Positions 1 to 8,743 of a DNA stretch of 64,000 nucleotides are shown here, one piece after another (positions within the stretch are counted from its first letter, which is position 1; the number at the start of each line of letters is the position of its first letter). Source of the DNA: an uncultured delta proteobacterium (GTDB lineage Bacteria; Desulfobacterota; Binatia; UBA9968). The stretch spans positions 1,056,001-1,120,000 of the forward strand of contig CAVYTU010000014.1 in assembly GCA_963771465.1 (NCBI GenBank), in the 5' to 3' direction. A model generated the notes under the pieces. That model was not told the origin of the DNA. It worked only from the letters and a program-made list of their open reading frames with translations, and ran no database searches. Both the position numbers and the translations under genes were made by a program.

Positions 1-169
1 CGACGACAGTTACGAACTCGCCAGGGCGTACATCCAATTTAATGTCGGTGAGTGCGCTGAGGTTGGGTTGGCTAGGCGTGTGAAAAACCTTGGAAACGCC
101 TTCGACCTGAATGACAAATTCAAGATCGTTCTGCGCCGGTTTCAAAATAGCCTGTGCGCCCTCGGTCAT
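1..169 (-). CDS. NitT/TauT-family ABC transporter ATP-binding protein, N-terminal part (runs off the window edge)
   Basis: Manual translation: MTEGAQAILKPAQNDLEFVIQVEGVSKVFHTPSQPNLSALTDIKLDVRPGEFVTVV(G), the typical lead-in to Walker A. Confidence 0.8.
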   Translation of the reverse strand, partial: MTEGAQAILKPAQNDLEFVIQVEGVSKVFHTPSQPNLSALTDIKLDVRPGEFVTVV

Positions 170-316
170 CGAATGATCGCTCACGTTGGAGCGGACATTT
201 ATCCACGTGAAGGCAGTACTGTCAACCAACGATGCTTTCATTTCGCGGCGCAATCTTGCTTTAGCGGTGATCCTTCAGCTAACGTGCGAATAGTTCAATT
301 CACCAGGGAGGCAAGC

Positions 317-952
317 GTGAAAATCATCAGTGAGTCGATTATCAATAGCAATACGGGCATGACGTTCGTCGTCAAGAAAGGGCAAATCATTCGTGTGGTC
401 GGTCACTCGACCGCCGACTACACTGTGTTCAATCTGCGCAACGTCAAAGAGCGTTTCGATCAGGCGCGCACCAAAGTCGATCAGGGAAAAATTTACGTCT
501 CGACGGGCGATGTGCTGATTTCCAAATACAACAACGTCATGCAGACAATCGTCAAAGACACCTACAAAGGCACCCATGATATGGAGAAAGGCATGTGCAG
601 CACGTCCTTCTACAAAAAATGGGGCGATGAGATTTTCAAGATATACGGCGGCGTGTGGAAAAGATTGGGTAGAAAAAAAGTCGTCGCGCCCAAACACGGT
701 TGCTGGGAAAATCTCGCCAACGCGCTAAAACCCTACGGAGTACCGAAAGAAGACGTGCCGAGCCCGCTTAATGTGTTTCAGACCATGGTGATCAACGCCA
801 AGACCGGCAGCATGCGTTACTCGATGACCCGGCCGCGGCCGGAAGGCGACATGGTCGACTTCCGCTCGGAGATGGACTGCTTGGTCGCCATCAGCGCCTG
901 CCCGGAAGGCGGGCGAGGAAGAGATTTGCGCGTGGTGATCTACAAAAACTAA
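317..952 (+). CDS. DUF1989 / urea carboxylase-associated family protein
   Basis: GTG at 317 after a GGGAGG RBS. Motifs GTHDM-x-GMCS, HGCWENL, PSPLNVFQ, EMDCLVAISACP. Confidence 0.8.
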   Translation: MKIISESIINSNTGMTFVVKKGQIIRVVGHSTADYTVFNLRNVKERFDQARTKVDQGKIYVSTGDVLISKYNNVMQTIVKDTYKGTHDMEKGMCSTSFYKKWGDEIFKIYGGVWKRLGRKKVVAPKHGCWENLANALKPYGVPKEDVPSPLNVFQTMVINAKTGSMRYSMTRPRPEGDMVDFRSEMDCLVAISACPEGGRGRDLRVVIYKN

Positions 953-1249
953 AAGCGTCAATAGGTGTTGCGGAAAACGAACCGGGCGCGGTTTGTAGCT
1001 GATAACTTTTGGCTCGATTATTTTTGATTGAGCGCGACAGTGTTTGAAACCGGGCAGTTGTGTATTGGGCCACCATGAATTGCACAGAGCGGGATTTTGT
1101 TTCAACAGGAATTGGACCGGCGAACTGAGTTCAAGACCCCAATGAAGTCGTTCGGCGTTGTACCAGATCAGCCAAGGAATCAATCGCCGATTAATTGATG
1201 CGCGGCGAGCTGGCGTTGAAATATCACTGACTCAGAAGGAGTCTACCCC

Positions 1250-1690
1250 ATGATGGAGCTCATCATAGTCTATTTGCTTTTTCGTCGGCGACGTCTTAGT
1301 CGTTTCGATTCGTCTGGCGCTGTTCGTCGTGGGCCCGCGCGGCAAGAGCTGTCAACGGCAAAACACTTAGGAGGGCGCTCCAAGGTCGCATTTTACTCCG
1401 CGTTGACGCTCAGCTGCTTCCTCGGAAGTGTTTATCTGTTCTATGGTCACGTCACGCCGTGCGGGATTCTGAAGCAGAAGTTTAAAACCGACGTCGCGCA
1501 TTTAACGTCCACCGTTGCCAATCCGTTCAGCGCCGTCGGTGTTGGGAGCAGCCTTGCGTTGGGGAACAATATGATCGACGGGATGTTTAACTCGTTGACT
1601 TTGTTTCAGTGCGTGAGTGGTCTGGCCAACTACGATGAGATCATCCAGGAAGCGTTGACTCCGAAGAAAGGCGAGCTGCTAGCCAAGTAA
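1250..1690 (+). CDS. Hypothetical membrane protein
   Basis: AAGGAG RBS upstream, one clear hydrophobic segment, no recognised family. Confidence 0.5.
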   Translation: MMELIIVYLLFRRRRLSRFDSSGAVRRGPARQELSTAKHLGGRSKVAFYSALTLSCFLGSVYLFYGHVTPCGILKQKFKTDVAHLTSTVANPFSAVGVGSSLALGNNMIDGMFNSLTLFQCVSGLANYDEIIQEALTPKKGELLAK

Positions 1691-1770
1691 TGAAACGCCT
1701 TTAGGGTTTGGCGATTCGATCCACCCCTAACGGGCTATCACCATCCGTTTCACATGGTTTTGAATCGGCG

Positions 1771-1800
1771 AGAACGATTGGAGCGGCTGGAACGATTGAG
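1771..1800. repeat. 9-nt periodic repeat arm (GAACGATTG GAGCGGCTG GAACGATTG)
   Basis: Reverse complement resembles the CGTTCAAAC array at 56796-56840; lies just after the stop of the minus-strand binding-protein gene. Confidence 0.5.
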
Positions 1801-1808
1801 ATGAGTTT

Positions 1809-2831
1809 TTATTTATACAGCTTGTCGATGTAGCCGCTCGATTCGAGCTCTTTCAGAAAACTCACGTCGGTAAAATCGCTCGGCTTGGCTTGGCCGGCTT
1901 TGGGATTTTTCGCTTTTAGTTGGTCGAGAAAGAGCTGGATGCCGGGTTCGGTCGGATAGGGTACACGTCTGGTCAGCTTGACGACGATTTCATTGTAAGC
2001 TTCTTCGACGGACTTTTCGTCTTTGATCGCCAGATATTTTTGCAGAATCTTCTGCGCGCCCTTGGCATTGGTCAGATTGTAATGGCTGCCCTCGACGTAA
2101 GCTCTCAAGAAGCGGCGCACGGTGTCGGGCCTTTTTTTGATGTAGTCGCGCGTGACGGCGACGCCGTTTTGCTGCCATTCGACGTCAAGCTTGGTGAAAT
2201 CGAGGAGGGCGCGAAAGCCGAGCTCTTTGGCCTTGAGCGTTTCCGGTGCTTGCAACAAGGTCGCTTGCAGCGCGTTCCCCTGCATGGCGGCCAAGCGCGC
2301 AGGAATATTGCCGGCTTGCACGTAGGTGATTTCAGTCTCTTTGACGCCGAGCTTGTCAAAAACGGTGCTGGCCGCGGCGTGATCGGCGCTGCCGATGCGG
2401 CTCACGCCGAATTTCTTGCCTCTCAGGTCTTCCACTCGTTTGATTTCGTCGGTGACGAAAAGTACGTAGGGAAAGCGATTGGCTCCGCCCGCAACCAGCA
2501 CGGTGCCGGACCCTTGCAGGTTGCTGGTGACCACTGCGGAAGCTCCGGCGTGGACGATGGGTGTTTCTCCCGAGACCAGGGCAGCGATCGCCAGCGGCGC
2601 GCCGACGAGCAGCACCAAGTCGACATCGAGTCCGTGCTTGGCGAACAGACCCAAATCTTTGGCGGTCCAGACGGTCGCCTGGGTCGGCGCGATCACCGTA
2701 TACGCGACGCGCAGTTTCTCCATCGGGGTTTGCGCGGCGGCGAAAGAATGCGTCAGCGATAACCCGAGTATTCCTAACAACGAGATCAAAGGTCGAAAAA
2801 ACCGAATCTCCATCGTCATTCTCCGTGACAT
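1809..2831 (-). CDS. ABC transporter substrate-binding protein, NMT1/THI5 (SsuA/TauA-like) family
   Basis: Signal peptide; GLFAKHGLDVDL, DLRGKKFGVSRIGS, PDTVRRFLRAYVEG, FLKELESSGYIDKLY. Confidence 0.9.
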   Translation of the reverse strand: MSRRMTMEIRFFRPLISLLGILGLSLTHSFAAAQTPMEKLRVAYTVIAPTQATVWTAKDLGLFAKHGLDVDLVLLVGAPLAIAALVSGETPIVHAGASAVVTSNLQGSGTVLVAGGANRFPYVLFVTDEIKRVEDLRGKKFGVSRIGSADHAAASTVFDKLGVKETEITYVQAGNIPARLAAMQGNALQATLLQAPETLKAKELGFRALLDFTKLDVEWQQNGVAVTRDYIKKRPDTVRRFLRAYVEGSHYNLTNAKGAQKILQKYLAIKDEKSVEEAYNEIVVKLTRRVPYPTEPGIQLFLDQLKAKNPKAGQAKPSDFTDVSFLKELESSGYIDKLYK

Positions 2832-2860
2832 ACTCCGGCGCGTGATTGCGGCTTTGCGCT

Positions 2861-4297
2861 TTACTGTTTTCCCGTGATCGCCTTGTCGTCTTGGCCCGGT
2901 TCGTAAGGTCGAGTATCACGGGAGAGGTCGATTCGATTTAACACGGCGTCGGGCGCCTGGGCTTCCTTGGGGAAATCGTAGGGTGGCAATGGTTTCGTCG
3001 CATCGAAAATTAGTTTCGTCTCCATCGGGCCGCGCTCCAAGCGGTTGTAGCCATACGCTGTCGGATTTAAATGCGAGCCGATGATGTTCGGAATAATCAC
3101 CAAGTCGCGGTCGGCTTGAAAGCGCATCGCCAACGCCCAGAGCACCTGGGTTTCGTTGAACACGTCGACATCATCGTCGACGACGATGACATGCTTGATA
3201 TTAGGATCGGTCACTAAAGCGCCGAGCGCCGCCTGCTTGGGCTCGCCCTCGGCGCGCTTCTTGAGTGAAATGTAGCAGTGTGAGCGCGCGGCGCCGGAGA
3301 TCGGCATGTTGACGCCGGTGGTGCTCGGCACGACTTCTTGGATGCGCTTCAGCAAGCTGCCCAATCTCGGCGCCGCGCCGATGATGTTGTGTTCGAAGTG
3401 GGCGCTGTGGATGCTCTGATAGATTGGATTCTTGCGCATGGTGATGGCGGTCACTTCGATGTAGGGTTGCTCGCCTTCCTTATAGTAGTAGTGCGGCCAC
3501 TCGCCGAACGGTCCTTCGTAGTGACGCTTTTTCGGCGGCACGACCCCTTCGATGATAATCTCGCAGCGTGCCGGCACCATTAAATTGACCGTCTCCGCTT
3601 TGACGACTTCGAGGGGCTCGCCGAGAAAGGCGCCGGCGATCTCCAACTCCGAGCCGACACCGGCTTGTTTGCTGACCGCGGCCATATTCAACGCGGGATG
3701 ATGGCCGATGCAGAGCGCGACTTCCATCGCTTCGTTGTGATCTTCGTATTCCGCGCGCACGTAATTGCCATGATTGGCCGGGTTGATCATCAAGCCGAGT
3801 TGTCTCTTGCCCTGTTTCTGATTGCGATAGATGCCGACGTTGACCGCGCCGGTGCCGCGCTCTTTGCAAATCAGCGCGGCGGCGTTGACATAGGCGCCGG
3901 CGTCGCCTTCGTTGTGCGTGAGCACGGGCAGGAGATCGAGGTCGGCTTGCTCGCCTTTCAAAATCAATTCTTTACACGGCGCGTCCTTGGCGGCGATTTC
4001 TTTCACCGGCAATGGATAATGCTCACGGTGCGCTAAGTCCTTGACCATCTGCGGCACCGAAGGCGAACCTAGCGACAGCGCGAGGCGTTCGTAGGTGGCG
4101 CCGAGATTGATTACGAGCGGAATCTTCGAGCCTTTGATACTCTTGAAAAACACCAAGGGAAATTTATTTTCCCGTTCGAACTTCTCGACGATGGCGCTGG
4201 CTTCGTAGACCGGATCGACTTCCTTGTCGACCACGACCACGTCCTTGGGACGCTTCTCCAACAATTCATCCAAATAAGTGCGCAGATCTTTCGCCAT
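2861..4297 (-). CDS. UbiD-family (prFMN-dependent) decarboxylase
   Basis: DLRTYLDEL, NVGIYR, EIIIEG, EGPFGEW, KHVIVVDDDVD, VLWALAMRFQADRD, KLIFDATKP. Confidence 0.93.
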   Translation of the reverse strand: MAKDLRTYLDELLEKRPKDVVVVDKEVDPVYEASAIVEKFERENKFPLVFFKSIKGSKIPLVINLGATYERLALSLGSPSVPQMVKDLAHREHYPLPVKEIAAKDAPCKELILKGEQADLDLLPVLTHNEGDAGAYVNAAALICKERGTGAVNVGIYRNQKQGKRQLGLMINPANHGNYVRAEYEDHNEAMEVALCIGHHPALNMAAVSKQAGVGSELEIAGAFLGEPLEVVKAETVNLMVPARCEIIIEGVVPPKKRHYEGPFGEWPHYYYKEGEQPYIEVTAITMRKNPIYQSIHSAHFEHNIIGAAPRLGSLLKRIQEVVPSTTGVNMPISGAARSHCYISLKKRAEGEPKQAALGALVTDPNIKHVIVVDDDVDVFNETQVLWALAMRFQADRDLVIIPNIIGSHLNPTAYGYNRLERGPMETKLIFDATKPLPPYDFPKEAQAPDAVLNRIDLSRDTRPYEPGQDDKAITGKQ

Positions 4298-4519
4298 GGG
4301 AAAAACCTCAGCCTGCTAGAGTAAAAAGGTTAAACACTTACCATTCTCAGATACGCGCGATGTCTATGCTATGCTCGCAAACTCCCGCGCAAGTCAAGCT
4401 GGTTTGCTATGTCAGAAAATGGCTGAAGTAGCTGCCATATCCTTGGCCGTCCTGCCCGGGAACCCGGGTATGACAACTCAGGTTGAATTGACGACGCGAT
4501 GGTTGATAGAAAAGAAAGC

Positions 4520-4597
4520 AGATACTTCGCAACGCTCAGAATGACATAGGTAGGGTGCTCGCCATTAGGCCATCCTCTTGAACGCAGTGAAGCATCT
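4520..4597. repeat. REP-like imperfect inverted repeat between the divergent ubiD genes
   Basis: AGATACTTCGCAACGCTCAGAATGACA (4520-4546) is approximately complementary to CATCCTCTTGAACGCAGTGAAGCATCT (4571-4597). Confidence 0.5.
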
Positions 4598-4635
4598 TGT
4601 CCGAAAATCGGCTCACTCACAGTTAGGACAAATTC

Positions 4636-5982
4636 ATGTTTGACGATCTACGAGGTTTTCTCGCCCATTTGGAAGACTTGGGCCAATTGAAAACGGTCAA
4701 GGACGCAGTGAGCGTCAAGTACGAAATCGCCGCGGGCATGCGCAAGACTTCCGATATCGGCGGGCCGGCGCTGCTGTTCGAGAATGTGAAAGATTATTCC
4801 GGCTGGCGCGTGCTCGGTGGATTGTTCGCAACGCGAAAACTAGTCGCACTCGGCCTCGGCGTGCCCCAAGACGAGATGCTCGAGCGCTATCTGACCTTGG
4901 AAGATAAGCGCATCCCGCCCGAGATCGTCACCACCGGGCCGTGCAAAGAAATCAAATGGACCGGCGATCAGATCGATCTGACCAAACTACCGATCGTCAC
5001 CCATGCGAGCAAGGATTGCGGTCCCTACGTTACGATTGGCGTGCAGGTCGGCAAGGATCCCGACACCGGGATTCGCAATCTCTCGGTGCACCGCATGCTC
5101 GTGCTGGGCAAGGATAAGCTTTCGCTGTGGGCGCCGGCGGATCATCATCTCGGCCGGATGATCTTGAAGGCTGAAGAACAAAATAAAGGTTTGGAAGTCG
5201 CCACCGCCGTCGGCGTCGACCCGGCCATCGTCGTCGGCTCGCAAGCGCGGGTGCCTTACGGCATCGACGAATTTCACGTCGCCGGTGGATTGCGCGGCGC
5301 GGCGGTGAAGCTGGTCAAATGCGAATCCATCGATGTCGAAGTGCCGGCGCTGGCCGAAGTGATTATCGAAGGCGTGACGATACCCGGCGAGCGCGTCGCC
5401 GACGGACCCTACGGTGAATATCCCGGCTGCTACAGCGAAGCCAAACAAGCGCCGGTGCTGAAAGTCACCGCGATCACGATGCGGAAAAATCCTATCTGGC
5501 AGACGGCACTGACCGGCATGCCCGTCACGGAGAACCACACGTTGATCGAATACGGCAACGCCGCGGTGGTGTATCGCGAAGTAAAAAAGATCGTGCCGGA
5601 AGTACGCGGAGTCAATATGACGCCGGGCGGAACCTTTCGCCATCACGTGATCGTTTCGATCAAGAAGCGCGCCGAGAACGAAGGCCGCAACGTGATCCTC
5701 GCATTGCTCTCGATGGGTATCGGCCTCAAGCAAGTGATCGTCGTCGACGACGACATCGATCCGTTCGATCCGATGCAGGTCGACTGGGCGATGGCGACGC
5801 GCTTTCAGGCGGATAAAGACGCGATCATCATCCCGCGCATCGCCTGCTCGACCCTCGATCCATCTTGTCCGGAGGCGCGCGTGACCGCGGGACTGGGGAT
5901 CGACGCAACGGCGCCGATGAAAGAGCACTGGCGTTTCGAAAAAGTAGAAATCCCCGGCGTCGAAAAGGTGAAATATATTTAG
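4636..5982 (+). CDS. UbiD-family (prFMN-dependent) decarboxylase
   Basis: DLRGFLAHLE, GPALLFENV, RNLSVHR, DGPYGEY, VIVVDDDIDPFD, WAMATRFQADKD, GLGIDAT. Confidence 0.93.
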   Translation: MFDDLRGFLAHLEDLGQLKTVKDAVSVKYEIAAGMRKTSDIGGPALLFENVKDYSGWRVLGGLFATRKLVALGLGVPQDEMLERYLTLEDKRIPPEIVTTGPCKEIKWTGDQIDLTKLPIVTHASKDCGPYVTIGVQVGKDPDTGIRNLSVHRMLVLGKDKLSLWAPADHHLGRMILKAEEQNKGLEVATAVGVDPAIVVGSQARVPYGIDEFHVAGGLRGAAVKLVKCESIDVEVPALAEVIIEGVTIPGERVADGPYGEYPGCYSEAKQAPVLKVTAITMRKNPIWQTALTGMPVTENHTLIEYGNAAVVYREVKKIVPEVRGVNMTPGGTFRHHVIVSIKKRAENEGRNVILALLSMGIGLKQVIVVDDDIDPFDPMQVDWAMATRFQADKDAIIIPRIACSTLDPSCPEARVTAGLGIDATAPMKEHWRFEKVEIPGVEKVKYI

Positions 5983-5990
5983 AAAGTGGG

Positions 5991-6193
5991 AAAAATTCGA
6001 AATCCGAAATCGAAACAAATTCAAATGCCGAAACAGAACGCACGAAATCCGAAGCACGAAGCTCGAAACAATTTCAAATGACCAAAAACACAATGTTCCA
6101 AACAACGGTGATTCGGATTCGAGGTTTTGGATTTTCCGGTTTTGGGATTTGGCCGGGTTTGTTTCGGATTTCGATATTCGGATTTCGGATTTT
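5991..6193. repeat. Long imperfect inverted repeat built from ~7-nt units (CGAAATC... / ...GATTTCG)
   Basis: A-rich left arm, partly duplicated (CGAAATCCGAAGCACGAAGCTCGAAACAATTTCAAATG); T-rich right arm (TTTGTTTCGGATTTCGATATTCGGATTTCGGATTTT). Confidence 0.85.
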
Positions 6194-6205
6194 CTTTAAC
6201 GATAC

Positions 6206-7081
6206 ATGAAGAACTTCGATTACCTGGAGCCATGTACCGTCGCCGAAGCGTGCGCGCTGCTGAAACAACATGGCGGCGAGGCGAAAGTGTTTGCCGGCGG
6301 GTCGCATTTGACGATTCTCATGAAACAGGGGCTCTTGGAGCCCAAGTCTTTGATCAACATCAAAAAGATTCCTGAACTCAAAGGGATTTTCTACGACGCG
6401 ACCGAGGGTTTGACCATCGGCGCCTTGGTGACGCACCGCGAGCTCGAAACTTCCGTGCTGGTGCGAGAGAAATTCCCCGTGCTGTGCGAAGCGGAAAGAG
6501 AAGTCGCCAATATCCGCGTGCGCAACATGGGCACCGTCGGCGGCAATCTCGCTTCCGGTGAACCGCTTACTGACTTGGCGCAAATTTTTATTGCCCTCGA
6601 CGGCACGGCAAAAATCGCCGGGCCGAGCGGACAGCGGGCGATTCTAATCGAGGAATTGTTTCTCGACTTTTACACCACCAGCTTGGCCGAAGACGAGATT
6701 CTCACGCAGGTGGTGTTGCCGCCGCTGCCGCCGCGCTTGGGCATCGACTACATTCGCTTCTCCAGCAGCTCCGTTGTTGACAAGCCGTCGGCCGGCGTGG
6801 CGGTGCGGCTGACATTAGATAGCGGAGCTGAGACGATTCAAACCGCGCGCATCGTGCTCGGCTGCGTCGGTGCGACGCCAGTCAGAGCGCGCAAAGCCGA
6901 AGCGTTGTTAATAGGAAAAAAAATAACTGCCGAGTTGGCCCAAGAAGTCGGCAGCGTCGCGTCGCAAGAATGCAGCCCGACTAACGACCTGCGCGGCTCA
7001 GAGCAATATAAGCGCGCGATTGTTAAGACGCTGGTGAAGCGCGCGGCGGTGAAAGCATATGAAAACGCACCGGGGCTTTAA
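6206..7081 (+). CDS. Xanthine dehydrogenase / CoxM-like FAD-binding subunit
   Basis: FDYLEPCTVAEA, AGGSHL, RVRNMGTVGGNL, DLRGSEQYKR. Confidence 0.92.
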   Translation: MKNFDYLEPCTVAEACALLKQHGGEAKVFAGGSHLTILMKQGLLEPKSLINIKKIPELKGIFYDATEGLTIGALVTHRELETSVLVREKFPVLCEAEREVANIRVRNMGTVGGNLASGEPLTDLAQIFIALDGTAKIAGPSGQRAILIEELFLDFYTTSLAEDEILTQVVLPPLPPRLGIDYIRFSSSSVVDKPSAGVAVRLTLDSGAETIQTARIVLGCVGATPVRARKAEALLIGKKITAELAQEVGSVASQECSPTNDLRGSEQYKRAIVKTLVKRAAVKAYENAPGL

Positions 7082-7123
7082 ATGACAGTTGTCGGTCGGC
7101 AAGAATCTATTTGCAGAAAGAAT

Positions 7124-8113
7124 ATGAGAATGCCCACGATTAGAAAGACAATGGTCTGTCTACTATTTGTGGTGAGTTTGCTTACCGTTGCTCACGTTGA
7201 GGCGCAGCCGCAGGCAAGACTATTAAAGATTGGCTGGCTCGCAGTCCGTCCCGCCTCCGCGGCTTTCTCGATCGAGTCGTTCCAGCGAGAGTTCGGTAGA
7301 CTCGGCTATGTTAACGGAAAGAATATAATCTTCGAGTATCGATACGCCGAGGGTAAGCTCGACCGGCTCCCTGCACTGGCTGATGAGTTGGTCCGTCGCA
7401 AAGTTGACGTGCTGATCGCGCCCAATACGCCTGCTGCCCTAGCCGCCAAGAACGCTACCAAGACTATCCCCATCGTTTTTATAGACGTTACTGATCCTAT
7501 TGCAGCTGGGCTGATTGATAGCTTGGCGCGGCCCGGGGGAAACATTACCGGGTTTACCACTATTGGTTCGGTGTTGGTCGGCAAACGGCTCGAGTTGCTC
7601 AAGGAAACCGTTCCCAGGCTTTCCCGCGTTGCGGTGCTGTGGAATCCACAGGATGCAAGCTCTGTGCAGATTTGGAAAGAAAGCCAACTGCAGGCAAGAG
7701 AACTGGGGCTGCAACTTCATTCCATGGAGGTAGGGAGCGATGATAAATTAGAGGGAGCGTTCAAACAGGCGATTAAGGTGCGCAGCGAAGCTCTCGCCTC
7801 GATGGGGGGCCAGCTGGGCACTAGTGGAAACGATGCAGCAAAATTGGCGAATAAATATCGCCTGCCGGCGATTTACTCTCGACAACCTGTTGTCGAGAGT
7901 GGCGGCCTAATGTCCTACGGCCCCGACCGGGACGAAGGTTTCAGGCGAGCCGCCGTTTTTGTCGATAAGATCCTGAAGGGAACCAAGCCCGCCGACATTC
8001 CGGTTGAGCAGCCGATGACTTTTGAGCTAGCGATCAATTTGAAAACCGCCAAGGCGTTGGGCCTGACGATTCCGCCGATCGTGCTGATGCGGGCGACGAA
8101 GGTGGTCAAATAA
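7124..8113 (+). CDS. ABC transporter substrate-binding protein (ABC_sub_bind, PF04392-like)
   Basis: LGYVNGKNIIFEYRYAEG, SLARPGGNITG, KRLELLKE, GGLMSYGP, DKILKGTKPADIPVEQP, INLKTAKALGLTIP. Start uncertain (7082/7124/7130). Confidence 0.9.
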   Translation: MRMPTIRKTMVCLLFVVSLLTVAHVEAQPQARLLKIGWLAVRPASAAFSIESFQREFGRLGYVNGKNIIFEYRYAEGKLDRLPALADELVRRKVDVLIAPNTPAALAAKNATKTIPIVFIDVTDPIAAGLIDSLARPGGNITGFTTIGSVLVGKRLELLKETVPRLSRVAVLWNPQDASSVQIWKESQLQARELGLQLHSMEVGSDDKLEGAFKQAIKVRSEALASMGGQLGTSGNDAAKLANKYRLPAIYSRQPVVESGGLMSYGPDRDEGFRRAAVFVDKILKGTKPADIPVEQPMTFELAINLKTAKALGLTIPPIVLMRATKVVK

Positions 8114-8156
8114 GGCAAAAGTAAAAATTAAAAAGAAAAAACTGAAAATTGAAAAG
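8112..8156 (+). repeat. A-rich 7-nt periodic arm
   Basis: AAGGCAA AAGTAAA AATTAAA AAGAAAA AACTGAA AATTGAA directly at the stop codon. Confidence 0.55.
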
Positions 8157-8179
8157 GGCGCATCTTTTGTTTCTCGATC

Positions 8180-8644
8180 ATGAAAAAAACTATTTCACTC
8201 AAGGTTAACGGCGGCGAGCGCAGCTTGGAAGTCGAAGCGCGGACGACTTTGCTCGATATGGTGCGCGAGCAATTCGGTCTCACGGGCGCGAAGCTTGGTT
8301 GCGATATTCAAGTTTGTGGCGCTTGCACTTTGCTGGTGGACGGCAACCCGGTGAGCGCTTGTTCGATGTTGGCCGTCGACGTGGACGGCGCGGCGGTTGA
8401 AACCATCGAGGGGTTGAGCAAGAAAGACGCGCTTCATCCGTTGCAGGAAGCCTTCATGGAGTTCGGTGCGTTGCAGTGCGGCTACTGCACTTCCGGCTTC
8501 ATTCTTACCGCCAAGGCGCTGCTGGCTGAGTGTCCGCGGCCGTCGGAGGAACAGATTCGCGATTACCTGGCGGGCAATTTTTGCCGCTGTGGTTGTTATC
8601 AGGAGATCGTGCAAGCGATTAAGAACGTCGTGGGGAAGTCGTGA
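8180..8644 (+). CDS. CoxS-like (2Fe-2S)-binding subunit
   Basis: GC-x4-CGACT, LQCGYCTSG, GNFCRCGCY. Confidence 0.95.
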   Translation: MKKTISLKVNGGERSLEVEARTTLLDMVREQFGLTGAKLGCDIQVCGACTLLVDGNPVSACSMLAVDVDGAAVETIEGLSKKDALHPLQEAFMEFGALQCGYCTSGFILTAKALLAECPRPSEEQIRDYLAGNFCRCGCYQEIVQAIKNVVGKS

Positions 8645-8703
8645 TCGTGGCTCGTGCTCGTGATCGGACGAACACGAAGCAGGAAGCGCGGACACGAGCG
8701 CGA
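8639..8703. repeat. 6-nt periodic inverted repeat (TCGTGA/TCGTGC ... CACGAG)
   Basis: TCGTGATCGTGGCTCGTGCTCGTGATCG followed by CACGAAGCAGGAAGCGCGGACACGAGCGCGA. Confidence 0.6.
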
Positions 8704-8743
8704 TTGATGTGCGAAGGGCGCAACTGGAATACGGAAAAAGAAA

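Noticed and set aside
68-316. N-terminal extension of the DUF1989 ORF
   Set aside because: It overlaps the divergent ABC ATPase start; a better GTG with an RBS is at 317.
953-1249. Riboswitch or small gene in the 300-bp gap
   Set aside because: No recognisable aptamer consensus or convincing ORF in the frames I read.
4987-6105. Long antisense ORFs (also 1920-2762, 8195-8881, 58567-59265 and many shorter ones)
   Set aside because: They are shadows of well-supported genes on the opposite strand, as expected in GC-rich DNA.
5991-6193. CRISPR array
   Set aside because: Units are degenerate ~7-mers with no unique spacers, and there are no cas genes in the window.
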